NCBI GenBank assembly: GCA_951813075.1
Contig: OX638343.1
Location: 550,149-614,148, forward strand
DNA: 64,000 nucleotides
Direction of reading: 5' to 3'
Source: Arenicellales bacterium
GTDB taxonomy: Bacteria; Pseudomonadota; Gammaproteobacteria; Arenicellales; JAJDZL01
This document shows positions 30,697-43,829 of the stretch, piece by piece. The position numbers and the translations under genes were made by a program. The notes under the pieces were generated by a model. That model was given only the letters and a program-made list of their open reading frames with translations, made no database searches and was not told where the DNA came from. Positions within the stretch are counted from its first letter, which is position 1. Each line of letters starts with the position of its first letter.

Positions 30697-31286
30697 GTGA
30701 AATTCGGGTAGCAGGAGTCGATGAAGCTGGACGAGGTGCATTGGCGGGGCCTGTAATTTGCGCGGCAGTGATCTTGAGAAACGATGTTCATATTGATAAT
30801 CTGACAGATTCTAAGAAGCTGAGCTACGAAAAACGTCGAGATCTGTCAAAGGAGATCAAGAAGAAATGCTTGTGTTGGTCAATTGGAACCGGCGGTGTCG
30901 AGGAAATTGATCGGTACAACATACTCAATGCAACTATGCTGGGGATGAAACGTGCGATCGAAACACTGAGCACCGTACCAGATCATGTTTTCATCGATGG
31001 CAATCAACTCCCGAACATTCGCATCCCTGCACAGGCGATAGTGAAAGGTGATCTCTACGTACCGGTTATATCAGCCGCATCGATACTCGCCAAGCATGCA
31101 CGGGATAAATTGATGCATGCGTATATGAAAGAGTATCCGGAATATGGATTCCAAACCAATGTCGGTTATGGCACTCCGTTTCACCTGGAAGCGCTTCGGA
31201 AATACGGGGCTACCGCCATACATCGCAGAAGTTTCGCCCCGGTGCATGAAGTCATAGAACGGGATAATCCGGGAATTTTCTCATGA
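30693..31286 (+). CDS. rnhB: ribonuclease HII
   Basis: The N-terminus is MSEIRVAGVDEAGRGALAGPV and DSKKLS is present. Its start overlaps lpxB as ATGA. Confidence 0.95.
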   Translation: MSEIRVAGVDEAGRGALAGPVICAAVILRNDVHIDNLTDSKKLSYEKRRDLSKEIKKKCLCWSIGTGGVEEIDRYNILNATMLGMKRAIETLSTVPDHVFIDGNQLPNIRIPAQAIVKGDLYVPVISAASILAKHARDKLMHAYMKEYPEYGFQTNVGYGTPFHLEALRKYGATAIHRRSFAPVHEVIERDNPGIFS

Positions 31287-34200
31287 GTTTCGTCCATCTG
31301 CGGGTGCATACCGAGTATTCACTGACAGACAGCATTATTCGAATCGACGATTTGGTATCTCGTGCAGCTGATCTGGGAATGCCTGCTGTAGCAGTAACCG
31401 AATCTCAGAATCTGTTCAGTGCCATCAAGATCTACACGACTTGTGTCAAATTGGGAGTTAAACCGATCATTGGTGCAGAAGTACTTGTCGAAAACACAAA
31501 GAATCCGAATTCACCGTTCTCACTTGTGTTGCTTTGTCAGAACTATGATGGATATCGTGCTCTATGCGCCTTTTTAAGTAAGGCACATAATCAGGTGAAG
31601 CCCGATGGAACCGTACTGATGCAGGAAAATTGGTTTAATTCATCGTCATGTGAAGGCCTCATTGCACTATCTGGTGCTCAGCAGGGAGAGATCGGACAGA
31701 AATTATTGCTGAACAAACAAGATGAGGCATCAGAAGCACTTCAGCGTTTGCGTGGTAACTTTGATGACAGGTTTTATCTTGAAGTATCCAGATTTGATGG
31801 ACAGTATGAAGCTTCTTACGAAGCAGCTGTTTTAGATCTGGCAGATTCAACAAACACACCAGTCGTCGCTACCCATCAGCCGCGTTTTCTGAACAAGGAT
31901 GACTACGATCTCCACGAGGTTAAAGTCTGTATTCAGGAGCGTACGACGATATCGGATGCCAACCGAAGGTCAAATTACACAGCGGAACAATATTTTCGTT
32001 CATCTGAGGAAATGAGTGAATGTTTTTCTGATTTGCCAAATGCACTGGAAAATTCTCTGGAAATCGCGAAACGCTGCAATTTTCGATTCGATCTGACGGA
32101 AGTTCATATGCCTGCCTACCCTCAGTCAATCGAAGAACCCAACATAGAGAAGTATCTGGAACGATTAAGCAGGGAAGGATTGCAGGAGAAATTGAAAGGG
32201 TGCTCCGATGAACGTTATGAGCACCGTCTCAACGATGAACTCGACATTATTCGTAAAACGAACTATGCAGGTTACTTTCTGATTGTGGCGGACATTATTT
32301 CGTGGGCAAAATCAAACGGCATACCTGTCGGTCCAGGACGAGGGTCCGGCGCAGGTTCGCTCGTTGCTTACTGTCTGGATATTACGACTATTGATCCTAT
32401 TGAACACGATCTGATATTCGAGCGTTTCTTGAATCCAGAACGAGTTTCTCCTCCTGACTTTGATATAGATTTTTGCGTTAGAGAGCGCGACCGAATTATT
32501 GAACGTATAGCCGAAAGATATGGAAGAAACCAAGTTGCACAGATCATCACTTACAACACGATGGCTGCGAAGGCGGCGATCAGAGATGTCGGCAGAGCAC
32601 TGAGGCCAGACTATAAGTTTTACGATGAATTGGCGAGAATGATACCGCAGGACCTGAATATCACGCTATCGAGTTCAATGGAGCGCAACAAGGAACTGAA
32701 ATTCAGGTACGACAGCGAATCCCGCGTAAAAGAACTGATTGATACCGCAAAAGCGCTTGAAGGGATGATTCGCAACGTAAGCAGGCATCCAGGTGGCATC
32801 GTCATCGCACCATCGGAAATCACCAACTATTCAGCTCTATTTGCGGATACTGACAGCGGCAGGGACATCACACACTTCGATAAGGACGATCTTGAAGCGA
32901 TAGGACTCGTCAAGTTCGATTTTCTCGGATTGACCACGCTCACAATCATAGCAGACACACTTCGAAAACTGAACGAAAAAAATGTAGCAGACGCACCAGC
33001 TACAGAAGATGATATTCCTCTGGACGATAAGCCGACGTATGAATACATCAGAACTGGCCAGACAGTCGGTATATTTCAACTTGAATCCAGAGGCATGCAG
33101 CGATTGATTTATGAAATGCGGCCGAATGGGTTCAATGATCTTGTCGCGTTACTTGCCTTGTTTCGGCCTGGTCCGTTGCAAACAGGCATGGACAAAATGT
33201 ATATTGAAAATCATAATAACAATAGTTACAATGCTTTACATGACAATTTAAAAGAAGTACTTGATCAATCTCATGGTATTATCCTTTACCAGGAACAGGT
33301 TATGAAAATTGCGCAGGTCATGGCCGGATACACGATGGGAGAAGCGGATATCTTACGTTATGCAATGGGTAAAAAGGTAAAACATGAAATGGAAATCCAG
33401 CGGGAAAGATTCGTAACTGGCTCAATTGAGAATGGCTACGAAGAGAAACTGGCGACCGCTGTTTACGATTTAATGGAAAGCTTTGCTGGATATGGATTCA
33501 ACAAATCGCATTCCGTCGCCTATGCGATGCTGGCATATCGTACTGCATATCTCAAAACACATTTTCGAGCTGAGTTTTTGTCATCATGCATGTCCGTAGA
33601 CATGAAGATCGACACAATCGCAAAGATCTACAACGATACGAAAAAACAGGGTATTAAGTTTATTTTGCCGGACATCAATCGTAGCGAGTACGAATTCACA
33701 GCTGTGAGCGAATCGGAAATACTCTACGGCCTCGGTGCGTTGAAGCAAATCGGTGCCCCAGTTGTCAATGCAATCATGGAGGCGAGGGATAAAGGGGGAA
33801 AATTTCAGAGTTTATCTGATTTCTGTAATCGCGTTGATTTGACTCAAGTCAGCAAATCTGCCTGTCAGGTACTCGTGACAGCTGGAGCGTTTGACTCGAT
33901 TGAGCCAAATCGTGCGCTGTTATTCGCAAATATCGACAGCACATATGGATTTGCTCAAATGCGGGAACAAGAGCGTAGATCTGGACAAATGAATTTATTC
34001 GGTGAAGTCGAATGTGAGAATTCGAATATGGTAGTCAAAGCTATTGAGCCATGGTCACGCGCCGAGTTACTTCGTCGGGAATTCGCAATCCTCGGAATTT
34101 ATGTCAGTGGTCACCCATGTGAAAAATATGAAAAGGAATTCAATTCTTTGCTAACCGGACCGATAAGTCAGGTTGCCGGTATTCAAGGCCAAAGACTGGT

Positions 34201-34717
34201 CATTTGTGGATGGGTCATAAATAAACGCATTGTAAAGGCAAGAAAAAAAGGGGAGAACAACCTCTTTTTCCAACTTGAAGGTTCAAAAGGAGAAATTTCC
34301 GCTGCCATATATTCGGAAAAATTTGATAGATTGTCGAAACAAATAATCGAAAATAAACCTGTGATTTTGATTGGCAACATGTCCGAAAACAAGGGGGATG
34401 GTTCCAGTAGATTTCTCGTTAATAACGCAATTCAATTGGACACAGTCAGGCAGCATGCTTCCGCACGAATCATGCTGAAACTGAATCAGAATCATGTCAC
34501 TTCAGATCAAATTCGACGGATCAAGGATGTGCTGGAGGAGCACAGGGTCGGTAAAAGTGCGATCAAAGTCGAGTATTCTTCTAAGTGTGGTTCAAATGCC
34601 AGATTTTCGCTTGGTGACGATTGGCGGGTGAATATCAACGAGGATCTAATGGATGAATTGCAGTCTGTGCTGGGTGAGGAACATGTTGTCGCAAATTATT
34701 CCGACGTGGCATTGTAA
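31283..34717 (+). CDS. dnaE: DNA polymerase III subunit alpha
   Basis: The 1144-aa ORF has the PHP-domain N-terminus FVHLRVHTEYSLTDS and contains GLVKFDFLGLTTLT and FAGYGFNKSHS. Confidence 0.97.
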   Translation: MSFVHLRVHTEYSLTDSIIRIDDLVSRAADLGMPAVAVTESQNLFSAIKIYTTCVKLGVKPIIGAEVLVENTKNPNSPFSLVLLCQNYDGYRALCAFLSKAHNQVKPDGTVLMQENWFNSSSCEGLIALSGAQQGEIGQKLLLNKQDEASEALQRLRGNFDDRFYLEVSRFDGQYEASYEAAVLDLADSTNTPVVATHQPRFLNKDDYDLHEVKVCIQERTTISDANRRSNYTAEQYFRSSEEMSECFSDLPNALENSLEIAKRCNFRFDLTEVHMPAYPQSIEEPNIEKYLERLSREGLQEKLKGCSDERYEHRLNDELDIIRKTNYAGYFLIVADIISWAKSNGIPVGPGRGSGAGSLVAYCLDITTIDPIEHDLIFERFLNPERVSPPDFDIDFCVRERDRIIERIAERYGRNQVAQIITYNTMAAKAAIRDVGRALRPDYKFYDELARMIPQDLNITLSSSMERNKELKFRYDSESRVKELIDTAKALEGMIRNVSRHPGGIVIAPSEITNYSALFADTDSGRDITHFDKDDLEAIGLVKFDFLGLTTLTIIADTLRKLNEKNVADAPATEDDIPLDDKPTYEYIRTGQTVGIFQLESRGMQRLIYEMRPNGFNDLVALLALFRPGPLQTGMDKMYIENHNNNSYNALHDNLKEVLDQSHGIILYQEQVMKIAQVMAGYTMGEADILRYAMGKKVKHEMEIQRERFVTGSIENGYEEKLATAVYDLMESFAGYGFNKSHSVAYAMLAYRTAYLKTHFRAEFLSSCMSVDMKIDTIAKIYNDTKKQGIKFILPDINRSEYEFTAVSESEILYGLGALKQIGAPVVNAIMEARDKGGKFQSLSDFCNRVDLTQVSKSACQVLVTAGAFDSIEPNRALLFANIDSTYGFAQMREQERRSGQMNLFGEVECENSNMVVKAIEPWSRAELLRREFAILGIYVSGHPCEKYEKEFNSLLTGPISQVAGIQGQRLVICGWVINKRIVKARKKGENNLFFQLEGSKGEISAAIYSEKFDRLSKQIIENKPVILIGNMSENKGDGSSRFLVNNAIQLDTVRQHASARIMLKLNQNHVTSDQIRRIKDVLEEHRVGKSAIKVEYSSKCGSNARFSLGDDWRVNINEDLMDELQSVLGEEHVVANYSDVAL

Positions 34718-34758
34718 GAATACGTAAATTTGGAAATCATTCAATTATTGAACTTAAG

Positions 34759-35718
34759 ATGACAGTATTTCTGGAATTTGAAAAATCGGTCGCTGAAATC
34801 AACGCGAAAATTGAAGAGCTCCGACGAGTCCACGACGAAGACGGAGTAGATCTTGCAGATGAGATATCCCGGCTGGAAAAAAGGAGTTTCAAACTAACTC
34901 AGTCCATATTTTCTTCCCTGTCTCCTTGGCAGATCACACAACTTGCCCGTCATCCGATGCGTCCCTATACACTGGACTACGTTAAACGAATCTTTACAGG
35001 TTATAGAGAAATCCATGGTGATCGACTGTTCGGTGACGACGCAGCTATTGTAACCGGGCTTGCAACATTCGAAAATCATGGCGCAGTAGTGATCGGACAT
35101 CAGAAAGGCCGAGATACCAATTCCAAACTCGCGAGAAATTTCGGCATGCCAAAACCCGAAGGGTACAGAAAAGCACAACGTGCAGTCCGGCTGGCTGAGC
35201 GATTTTCGCTGCCTGTATTTACATTCATTGACACACCGGGAGCCTACCCAGGTGTTGAAGCGGAATCGAGGGGACAATGTGAAGCTATTGCAACGAATCT
35301 GCTGACATTTGTAAAAGCCAGATGCCCGATTATCGCGACTGTAATTGGTGAGGGCGGGTCCGGCGGAGCGCTTGCAATTGGAATAGCAGATCACGTCATC
35401 ATGATGGAGTATGCGACTTATTCGGTTATTTCGCCTGAGGGATGTGCGTCAATTTTGTGGAAAGATGCTGGACGCGCTTCAGATGCGGCGGAAGTAATGG
35501 GGTTGACATCCAAAGCACTGTTAGCCAACGATCTTATTGATGGAGTTGTTTCCGAACCATTGGGCGGCGCTCATCGCGATTACGACGCGGCAGCGGGTAC
35601 ACTGAAGTATGAATTGGCATCAACACTGCACAGGCTGAAAGAAATTGCTATTGATGATCTGATTGCCGAGCGCAACAGACGCTTGATGTCCTATGGAAAA
35701 TTTCAATCTGTCGGTTGA
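34759..35718 (+). CDS. accA: acetyl-CoA carboxylase carboxyltransferase subunit alpha
   Basis: Diagnostic motifs are FIDTPGAYPGVEAESRGQ and VIGEGGSGGALA. It is 319 aa long. Confidence 0.96.
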   Translation: MTVFLEFEKSVAEINAKIEELRRVHDEDGVDLADEISRLEKRSFKLTQSIFSSLSPWQITQLARHPMRPYTLDYVKRIFTGYREIHGDRLFGDDAAIVTGLATFENHGAVVIGHQKGRDTNSKLARNFGMPKPEGYRKAQRAVRLAERFSLPVFTFIDTPGAYPGVEAESRGQCEAIATNLLTFVKARCPIIATVIGEGGSGGALAIGIADHVIMMEYATYSVISPEGCASILWKDAGRASDAAEVMGLTSKALLANDLIDGVVSEPLGGAHRDYDAAAGTLKYELASTLHRLKEIAIDDLIAERNRRLMSYGKFQSVG

Positions 35719-37175
35719 ACTCGGTTCTTTACGAGCAGACTGACGAACTTCGCCAATCATCGGGGTGTCGCAGTGCAAATTTGAAATACGTTTTCTATTC
35801 ACACACGCATTCAGCTTTGACCACTCTCAACATAGATTCGCTACTTCAAATCTTGTCCAAGTATTCCAATCCCGATGACAAGACAAAATTTGCAGTGGCT
35901 TTCAGCGGTGGTGTCGATACCGTCGTACTGATGCATCTCATGCATTGTGCATGTCAGCGATGGAATTTCTCGTTGCTGGCTTTGCATGTCGACCATAACA
36001 TTCATCCGGACTCGGGGAAATGGATGCAACACTGTGCGAACTTCTGTGATGCACGGGATATTCCGTTTTGTTCGACACGGCTGAACCAATTCAACCCATC
36101 TGAAAGGGTACCGGAACACGAAGCGAGAGCTGCCCGATATTCCTGGCTGAAAAAGGAAATTGCAGAAGGCGACTTTCTTTTGACAGGTCATCACAAAAAT
36201 GATCAGGCTGAAACGCTTATGCTGAATCTGATGCGCGGTTCTGGTGCCAGGGGATTGTCAGGAATTCAGGAAGCAACCCCATTTGGAAAGGGAACACTAG
36301 TTCGCCCCATGTTGCAATTCACCAAAGAGCAGATTCTCGAATATGCAATTAGTCGAAAATTAAGCTATGTTCATGATCCTGCCAATGATGATCTACGGTA
36401 CGACAGGAATTACTTGCGCCACTTGCTGCTCCCTGCTATGCAAGAACGCTGGGGGGCAGCGATTGAAAATATCAGTCGATCTGCGGGAAATCTGTTGGAT
36501 TCTCGATCGTTGCTTGATGAACTGGCTGAAATAGACGTCTTTTCGTGCCGTACCATCGGTTCAGCATATCTGTCGATCGGATGCCAGCTGAAGCTTGATG
36601 AGTTAAGAAAGTTGAACAAGGCACGTCAGATCAACTTGCTCCGCTACTGGGTCAGAAACTACTCGATTCCGGAACCGGGTCGACAGATGTTGAATAATTT
36701 CCTCAAAACGACTGTTGATGGAAATGCTGAATATTCGGAAATGGATTGGGAAGGTTATAAGTTATACCTATTCCGGAATGTTCTTTATCTGACACCAAAT
36801 CTTACTCTGAAGCCTCGCAAAGAAAAAGTAATTTGGAACTTGACGGAACCCTTGGTGCTTGAACATGAGGGTATCAGATTGGTCCCAAGACCTGTCGTTG
36901 GCAAAGGAATTGATGTCAAACGCTTATCTGCACCTGTATCAGTAGGATTCAGGAAAGGTGGGGAGCGATTCCGAATGCCGGGACGCCAACATTCCAGCAA
37001 ACTCAAGAAATTGCTGCACGCAGATTCCATTCCACCTTGGGAGCGAAAGATGTTACCACTGATCTATGACGACGAAGAACTGGTCGCGGTCGTTCCATGG
37101 AGGGTGTCAGACAACTATCTTGCAACAAAGCAACAGAGCGGAATCGATATTAAAATGGAGTTGATTTCACGATAG
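35715..37175 (+). CDS. tilS: tRNA(Ile)-lysidine synthetase
   Basis: It has the PP-loop FAVAFSGGVDTVVLMHL, plus HHKNDQAET and a C-terminal substrate-binding domain. The start is uncertain: the TTG at 35715 gives an unusually long N-terminus, and an in-frame TTG at 35817 is an alternative. Confidence 0.85.
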   Translation: MNSVLYEQTDELRQSSGCRSANLKYVFYSHTHSALTTLNIDSLLQILSKYSNPDDKTKFAVAFSGGVDTVVLMHLMHCACQRWNFSLLALHVDHNIHPDSGKWMQHCANFCDARDIPFCSTRLNQFNPSERVPEHEARAARYSWLKKEIAEGDFLLTGHHKNDQAETLMLNLMRGSGARGLSGIQEATPFGKGTLVRPMLQFTKEQILEYAISRKLSYVHDPANDDLRYDRNYLRHLLLPAMQERWGAAIENISRSAGNLLDSRSLLDELAEIDVFSCRTIGSAYLSIGCQLKLDELRKLNKARQINLLRYWVRNYSIPEPGRQMLNNFLKTTVDGNAEYSEMDWEGYKLYLFRNVLYLTPNLTLKPRKEKVIWNLTEPLVLEHEGIRLVPRPVVGKGIDVKRLSAPVSVGFRKGGERFRMPGRQHSSKLKKLLHADSIPPWERKMLPLIYDDEELVAVVPWRVSDNYLATKQQSGIDIKMELISR

Positions 37176-37338
37176 ATCGGCTGACAATACTCGATAAATG
37201 TCGATTTCAAGAACACAAGAACAGGTGAAATTTGTCAAATTTTCAGATGCGATTTGTGGTAATCTATTAATCCGTCCGATCATCCTCCAAAAGATGATTA
37301 TTTTCAGTTTCATAACTGATCCAACAGCAACGATTTAA

Positions 37339-39824
<2,486 letters not shown>

Positions 39825-39836
39825 TTCAAATTTGAA

Positions 39837-41120
39837 ATGAATATGACCAATTGCTCGATCAAAACTATTCATGCACTGCAGATATTGGATTCCAGAGGCA
39901 ATCCGACGATTGAGGCCGAGGTCGTTTTGTCCGATGGCGCTTGTGGTGTCGCTGCTGTCCCATCTGGTGCATCTACCGGAGCGAGAGAGGCGGTAGAGCT
40001 TCGAGACGGCAATACCGACCGATACCTTGGTAAGGGTGTTCGCAATGCAGTGGCGAATATCAATAATGTCATAAAACCTGCGCTATCAGATGAAAACCCT
40101 TTCGATCAATCTGCAATCGACAATCGGATGATTGAGCTGGACGGTACCAAGAACAAAAGCAAGCTTGGTGCAAATGCGATCCTCGCTGTTTCACTGGCGA
40201 TTGCCAAAGCGGCTGCAAGCTCGAAGCGTCAGTCGCTCTACGAGTACCTTGCGACAGATCAAGAGTTTATTTTGCCAATTCCATTTTTCAACATCGTCAA
40301 TGGCGGTGCCCACGCAAACAATCGATTGGACGTTCAAGAATTCATGGTTGTCCCGATTGGCGCTTCCAGTTTTCAGGAAAGCTTGCGCATGGGTGTTGAA
40401 ATTTACCATTCATTGAGCAGCTACCTGAACAATCGCGGTTTCAGTACCGCAGTCGGTGACGAAGGCGGCTTCGCACCCGATTTAAAATCAAATGAAGAAG
40501 CATTACAGCTTATCTGTGAAGCAGGTAGAACAGCGGGTTGGGAAGCTGGCGTAGATTTCGGAATCGCTTTGGATGTAGCAAGTTCCGAACTATGGGATGA
40601 TTCGAGCAAGCGTTATGTATTCAGTTCAGAATCCGTGACCATGGATTCACGTCAATTGATCGACCGACTTGCATCATGGGTTGAAGAATATCCGATTGTT
40701 TCAATTGAAGATGGGATGGCAGAAAATGACTGGGAAGGTTGGTCACTTCTCACACGAACACTCGGAAGTAGAGTGCAGTTGGTTGGTGACGACGTATTCG
40801 TCACCAATCCGGAAATTTTTCAACAAGGGATTCAACAATCTATTGCGAATTCAATTCTGGTCAAGCTGAACCAGATTGGAACCTTGACCGAAACTCTTGA
40901 GACAATAAAGATGGCGAAGAACGCGAATTATCGCGTGGTTATCTCTCATAGATCAGGCGAGACTGAAGACACCACAATCGCAGACCTTGCAGTCGCAACT
41001 GCAGTGGGGCAAATCAAGGCAGGTGCTCCGTGTCGCTCCGAACGAACAGCTAAATTCAATCGCCTGTTGCGCATTGAGTCGCAACTGGGCGAAAAGGCAA
41101 TTTATTCAATTCGAAAATGA
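39837..41120 (+). CDS. eno: enolase (phosphopyruvate hydratase)
   Basis: Diagnostic motifs are [26 protein letters not shown]-like ([12 protein letters not shown]) and SHRSGETED. Confidence 0.97.
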   Translation: MNMTNCSIKTIHALQILDSRGNPTIEAEVVLSDGACGVAAVPSGASTGAREAVELRDGNTDRYLGKGVRNAVANINNVIKPALSDENPFDQSAIDNRMIELDGTKNKSKLGANAILAVSLAIAKAAASSKRQSLYEYLATDQEFILPIPFFNIVNGGAHANNRLDVQEFMVVPIGASSFQESLRMGVEIYHSLSSYLNNRGFSTAVGDEGGFAPDLKSNEEALQLICEAGRTAGWEAGVDFGIALDVASSELWDDSSKRYVFSSESVTMDSRQLIDRLASWVEEYPIVSIEDGMAENDWEGWSLLTRTLGSRVQLVGDDVFVTNPEIFQQGIQQSIANSILVKLNQIGTLTETLETIKMAKNANYRVVISHRSGETEDTTIADLAVATAVGQIKAGAPCRSERTAKFNRLLRIESQLGEKAIYSIRK

Positions 41121-41129
41121 TATTTTGGA

Positions 41130-41447
41130 GTGAATTCTATGAGACATAGGAGACTTTTCGTATTCCTGGTTTTGGCGATGATGGCCATTAGTCTTCAATA
41201 TGCGTTTTGGTTCGGGAAAAATTCGGTCGGCACGCTCAAGGAAACCCGATCACTGATTGAGGTTGAAAAACAACACAACATTGAATTGGCTAAACGAAAT
41301 GATGTGTTGAAAGCGGAAGTGCTCGACTTGCAAACGGGTAATGAAACCATGGAAGAGCGGGCTAGAATGGAATTGGGTTTGATCAAGGAAGGCGAGACAT
41401 TCTATCGAATTATCGAGACCAACACGATCATTGATACTGATAACTAA
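41130..41447 (+). CDS. ftsB: cell division protein FtsB
   Basis: It has a single N-terminal TM segment, a coiled coil, and EERARMELGLIKEGETFYRI. It sits in the conserved position after eno. Confidence 0.82.
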   Translation: MNSMRHRRLFVFLVLAMMAISLQYAFWFGKNSVGTLKETRSLIEVEKQHNIELAKRNDVLKAEVLDLQTGNETMEERARMELGLIKEGETFYRIIETNTIIDTDN

Positions 41448-41450
41448 GCG

Positions 41451-42368
41451 TCAGGCTCTATCTAGTTCTGGAATAGCATAGGGCATCTGGTCCAGCATTA
41501 ATTGCAAATTCGTTCCGTCATCTAATCGCAAACGATCGCGTCCCAGAAACTTCAGCGGAAGAGAAACAAGTAAGTTCTTATCTTCACGTTCCTGCGGACG
41601 AACGCTATTGACGATTGATCCGGTCTGCTTTCCGGGCAAGTCATCACAATAAATTAAAGAACCCGGCTCTGTCGGAGCGTCGCCAGTCACAGATGCTCTG
41701 AACATTCGTCGGTTTACACCACCTTTGTAGTGTAACCTCGCAACGATTTCTTGGCCAGGGTAGCAACCCTTGGTAAAACTGACTGTGCCGATGAGGTCCA
41801 GATTAGCTGCCTGCAAAATCAGTTCTTCTGTAGTCGAACCATTAATGAGAGGATGCATATTGTCGACTTCAAGTTGTTTCCATTCGTCCGCCAAGTTATC
41901 GTCAAAGTGTTCAGCGTATTGTTCGAAATCAGATTCATCTCCAATCACCGCTATTCTTCTGGGTTCTCCGGGCATTCGGATATATGTAAACAAATTGTCA
42001 CCCAGAACTTGAAACGCTCGATCTGGCAATACTGCAGAAAATTCTGGTAACTCGTCACCCAGCAAACCAACAATCTGCGAATCAGTCTGCATTGAAATAC
42101 TGACTTTGTCCCGAAAGACAAACATTCTCAATCGTTTTGAAAATGACTCCACAAGATCACTGGACAAAGCCAGACAGAAGTTGTCGTTCTTTTTGAAAAT
42201 GAGGAAGTTGGCAAGAATTCGACCCTTTGGGTTCAGATATGCCGAGAAACTGCATCGCTCCGGTGTGATTTCATTTATATCGTTAGTAAACTGTCGCTGC
42301 AGAAATTGCTCTGCATCTGCACCGGATATACTTACAATTCCATAGTGATTAAGTCTGGTTAGTTTCAT
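41451..42368 (-). CDS. ygfZ: folate-binding tRNA-modification protein YgfZ (CAF17 family)
   Basis: It carries the signature FTKGCYPGQEIVARLHYKGGVNRRM, has a GcvT-like fold length of 305 aa, and begins LTRLNHYGIVSISGADAEQFLQ. Confidence 0.82.
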   Translation of the reverse strand: MKLTRLNHYGIVSISGADAEQFLQRQFTNDINEITPERCSFSAYLNPKGRILANFLIFKKNDNFCLALSSDLVESFSKRLRMFVFRDKVSISMQTDSQIVGLLGDELPEFSAVLPDRAFQVLGDNLFTYIRMPGEPRRIAVIGDESDFEQYAEHFDDNLADEWKQLEVDNMHPLINGSTTEELILQAANLDLIGTVSFTKGCYPGQEIVARLHYKGGVNRRMFRASVTGDAPTEPGSLIYCDDLPGKQTGSIVNSVRPQEREDKNLLVSLPLKFLGRDRLRLDDGTNLQLMLDQMPYAIPELDRA

Positions 42369-42845
42369 TTTCTCACGTACGTATTTTGACTGGTAAATTT
42401 TCTGTCAGCATAACATCTGTAAATCAAAATAACATAAAGTAAAACTTTAATTAATAATCATTTTTCATTGATTTATAAAATATTATAAAGGGCTAATTGA
42501 GAATTTCTTGAAAATTATCCTTGCGCTAGAACATGCCATAGGCGAAACTGAGAATCATACACTATCCAATTGGTTGGATACCGATTGAAATTCCGCGATT
42601 TGAGTCGATTGCTTCAGCCGATTTCCAAGTATAAACTGCCATGAGCGAGCAACTTCTCCAGATTACCGGTTTAATTCAGCAGTTTCATCAACTTCATAAG
42701 AATCGAATGACTACACTTTTGAATTAATTCAAATTTTGTAGTTGCGAGTTATCGCCTTACAATCATCTAATCAAACAATACTTTGACAGATATAATAACC
42801 AAATAGTCGTAAGTTATTAAATTTCAAGCGTTCACAGCACTTGGT

Positions 42846-43016
42846 TTGAATAAACAAAACAACAACCAGCCACTCGACACCGAGCGAAACACGAATCTTG
42901 GACGTGCAACTCAAGCCGGTTCCGAGCCTTCACCCGGAAATTCGAAGAAGGCTCAACGACCTGATCCAACACGATACGGGGACTGGGAGAAAAATGGCAG
43001 ATGCATAGATTTCTGA
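42846..43016 (+). CDS. DUF1674 / SDHAF4-like small protein (unlisted mini-ORF)
   Basis: My own translation of this frame ends ...SKKAQRPDPTRYGDWEKNGRCIDF*, which matches the conserved DUF1674 C-terminus (P-T-R-Y-G-D-W-E-x-x-G-R-x-x-D-F). The frame is open from 42813. The only candidate start I see is a TTG at 42846 (56 codons), so the start is uncertain. It lies 31 nt upstream of sdhC. Confidence 0.6.
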   Translation: MNKQNNNQPLDTERNTNLGRATQAGSEPSPGNSKKAQRPDPTRYGDWEKNGRCIDF

Positions 43017-43047
43017 TGCAGGCCGACAATAAGGTAACATTTCGAGC

Positions 43048-43437
43048 ATGAATCCCTCGAATCGTCCGGTATCGCCACATATACAAATTTACAGACCTCA
43101 ACTGACGTCTGTAATGTCAATACTTCACCGGATTACTGGGGTTGTTCTTGCTTTCGGTGCGATTCTCATTGCGATTTGGCTGAGTACGGTCGCCTACAAT
43201 CCCGATTTATCTAACCAAATATTCGAATTCCTCTCCGGATTTCTGGGACGCTTATTCTTATTCGTTTGGACACTGATTCTCTTCTATCACCTATGTAACG
43301 GAATTAGACATCTATTCTGGGATTCTGGAAAAGGATTCGAAATCAGGCAAGTTTACCGAAGTGGGTGGATTGCCGTTACATGTTCCTTTGTTCTGACCGT
43401 CGTCGTCTGGACTGTTGGATACACGGCTTGCGGTTGA
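43048..43437 (+). CDS. sdhC: succinate dehydrogenase cytochrome b556 subunit
   Basis: The N-terminus NRPVSPHIQIYRPQLTSVMSILHRITGV is followed by three TM helices. It is the first gene of the sdhCDAB order. Confidence 0.9.
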   Translation: MNPSNRPVSPHIQIYRPQLTSVMSILHRITGVVLAFGAILIAIWLSTVAYNPDLSNQIFEFLSGFLGRLFLFVWTLILFYHLCNGIRHLFWDSGKGFEIRQVYRSGWIAVTCSFVLTVVVWTVGYTACG

Positions 43438-43444
43438 CGACCGG

Positions 43445-43822
43445 ATGAGCTACAAGACTCCACTTGCAAGAGTTATAGGGCTAGGGTCTGCCAAAGACGG
43501 ATCTTCCCATTGGTGGTGGCAGCGCCTGACAGCTCTGGCCCTGGTGCCGCTGACACTTTGGTTTATCTTCTCAATTTCAACTCTCACCGGCGAATGCGTC
43601 GCTGATATTCGAGGCTGGATGGAGTCGCCGCTAACAGCGACTTTGCTAATTGCTTTCGTAGTGTCCCTTTTTTACCACGCACAGCTTGGTGTCCAAGTTG
43701 TTGTGGAAGATTATGTTCACCATGAGGGGATGAAGGTTGGAACAATTCTTGCGGTTAAATTTCTTTCCGTGATGCTTGTGATTTCAAGCACAATTTCAAT
43801 TCTCCGCGTCGCCCTGGGATAG
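43445..43822 (+). CDS. sdhD: succinate dehydrogenase hydrophobic membrane anchor subunit
   Basis: It contains [23 protein letters not shown] and [17 protein letters not shown] preferred the ATG at 43445 to the ORF-track start at 43415, which lies inside sdhC. Confidence 0.88.
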   Translation: MSYKTPLARVIGLGSAKDGSSHWWWQRLTALALVPLTLWFIFSISTLTGECVADIRGWMESPLTATLLIAFVVSLFYHAQLGVQVVVEDYVHHEGMKVGTILAVKFLSVMLVISSTISILRVALG

Positions 43823-43829
43823 TTCTGCG

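Noticed and set aside
42783-42798. A promoter-like string ttgacagatataat upstream of the DUF1674-like ORF.
   Set aside because: The TTGACA and TATAAT hexamers are only 2 nt apart, far from the ~17-nt spacing needed. This is probably a coincidence in AT-rich DNA.
42832-43101. An 89-aa minus-strand ORF spanning the sdhC start.
   Set aside because: It overlaps both the DUF1674-like frame and the sdhC N-terminus, which have clear homology signals on the other strand. It has no motif of its own.
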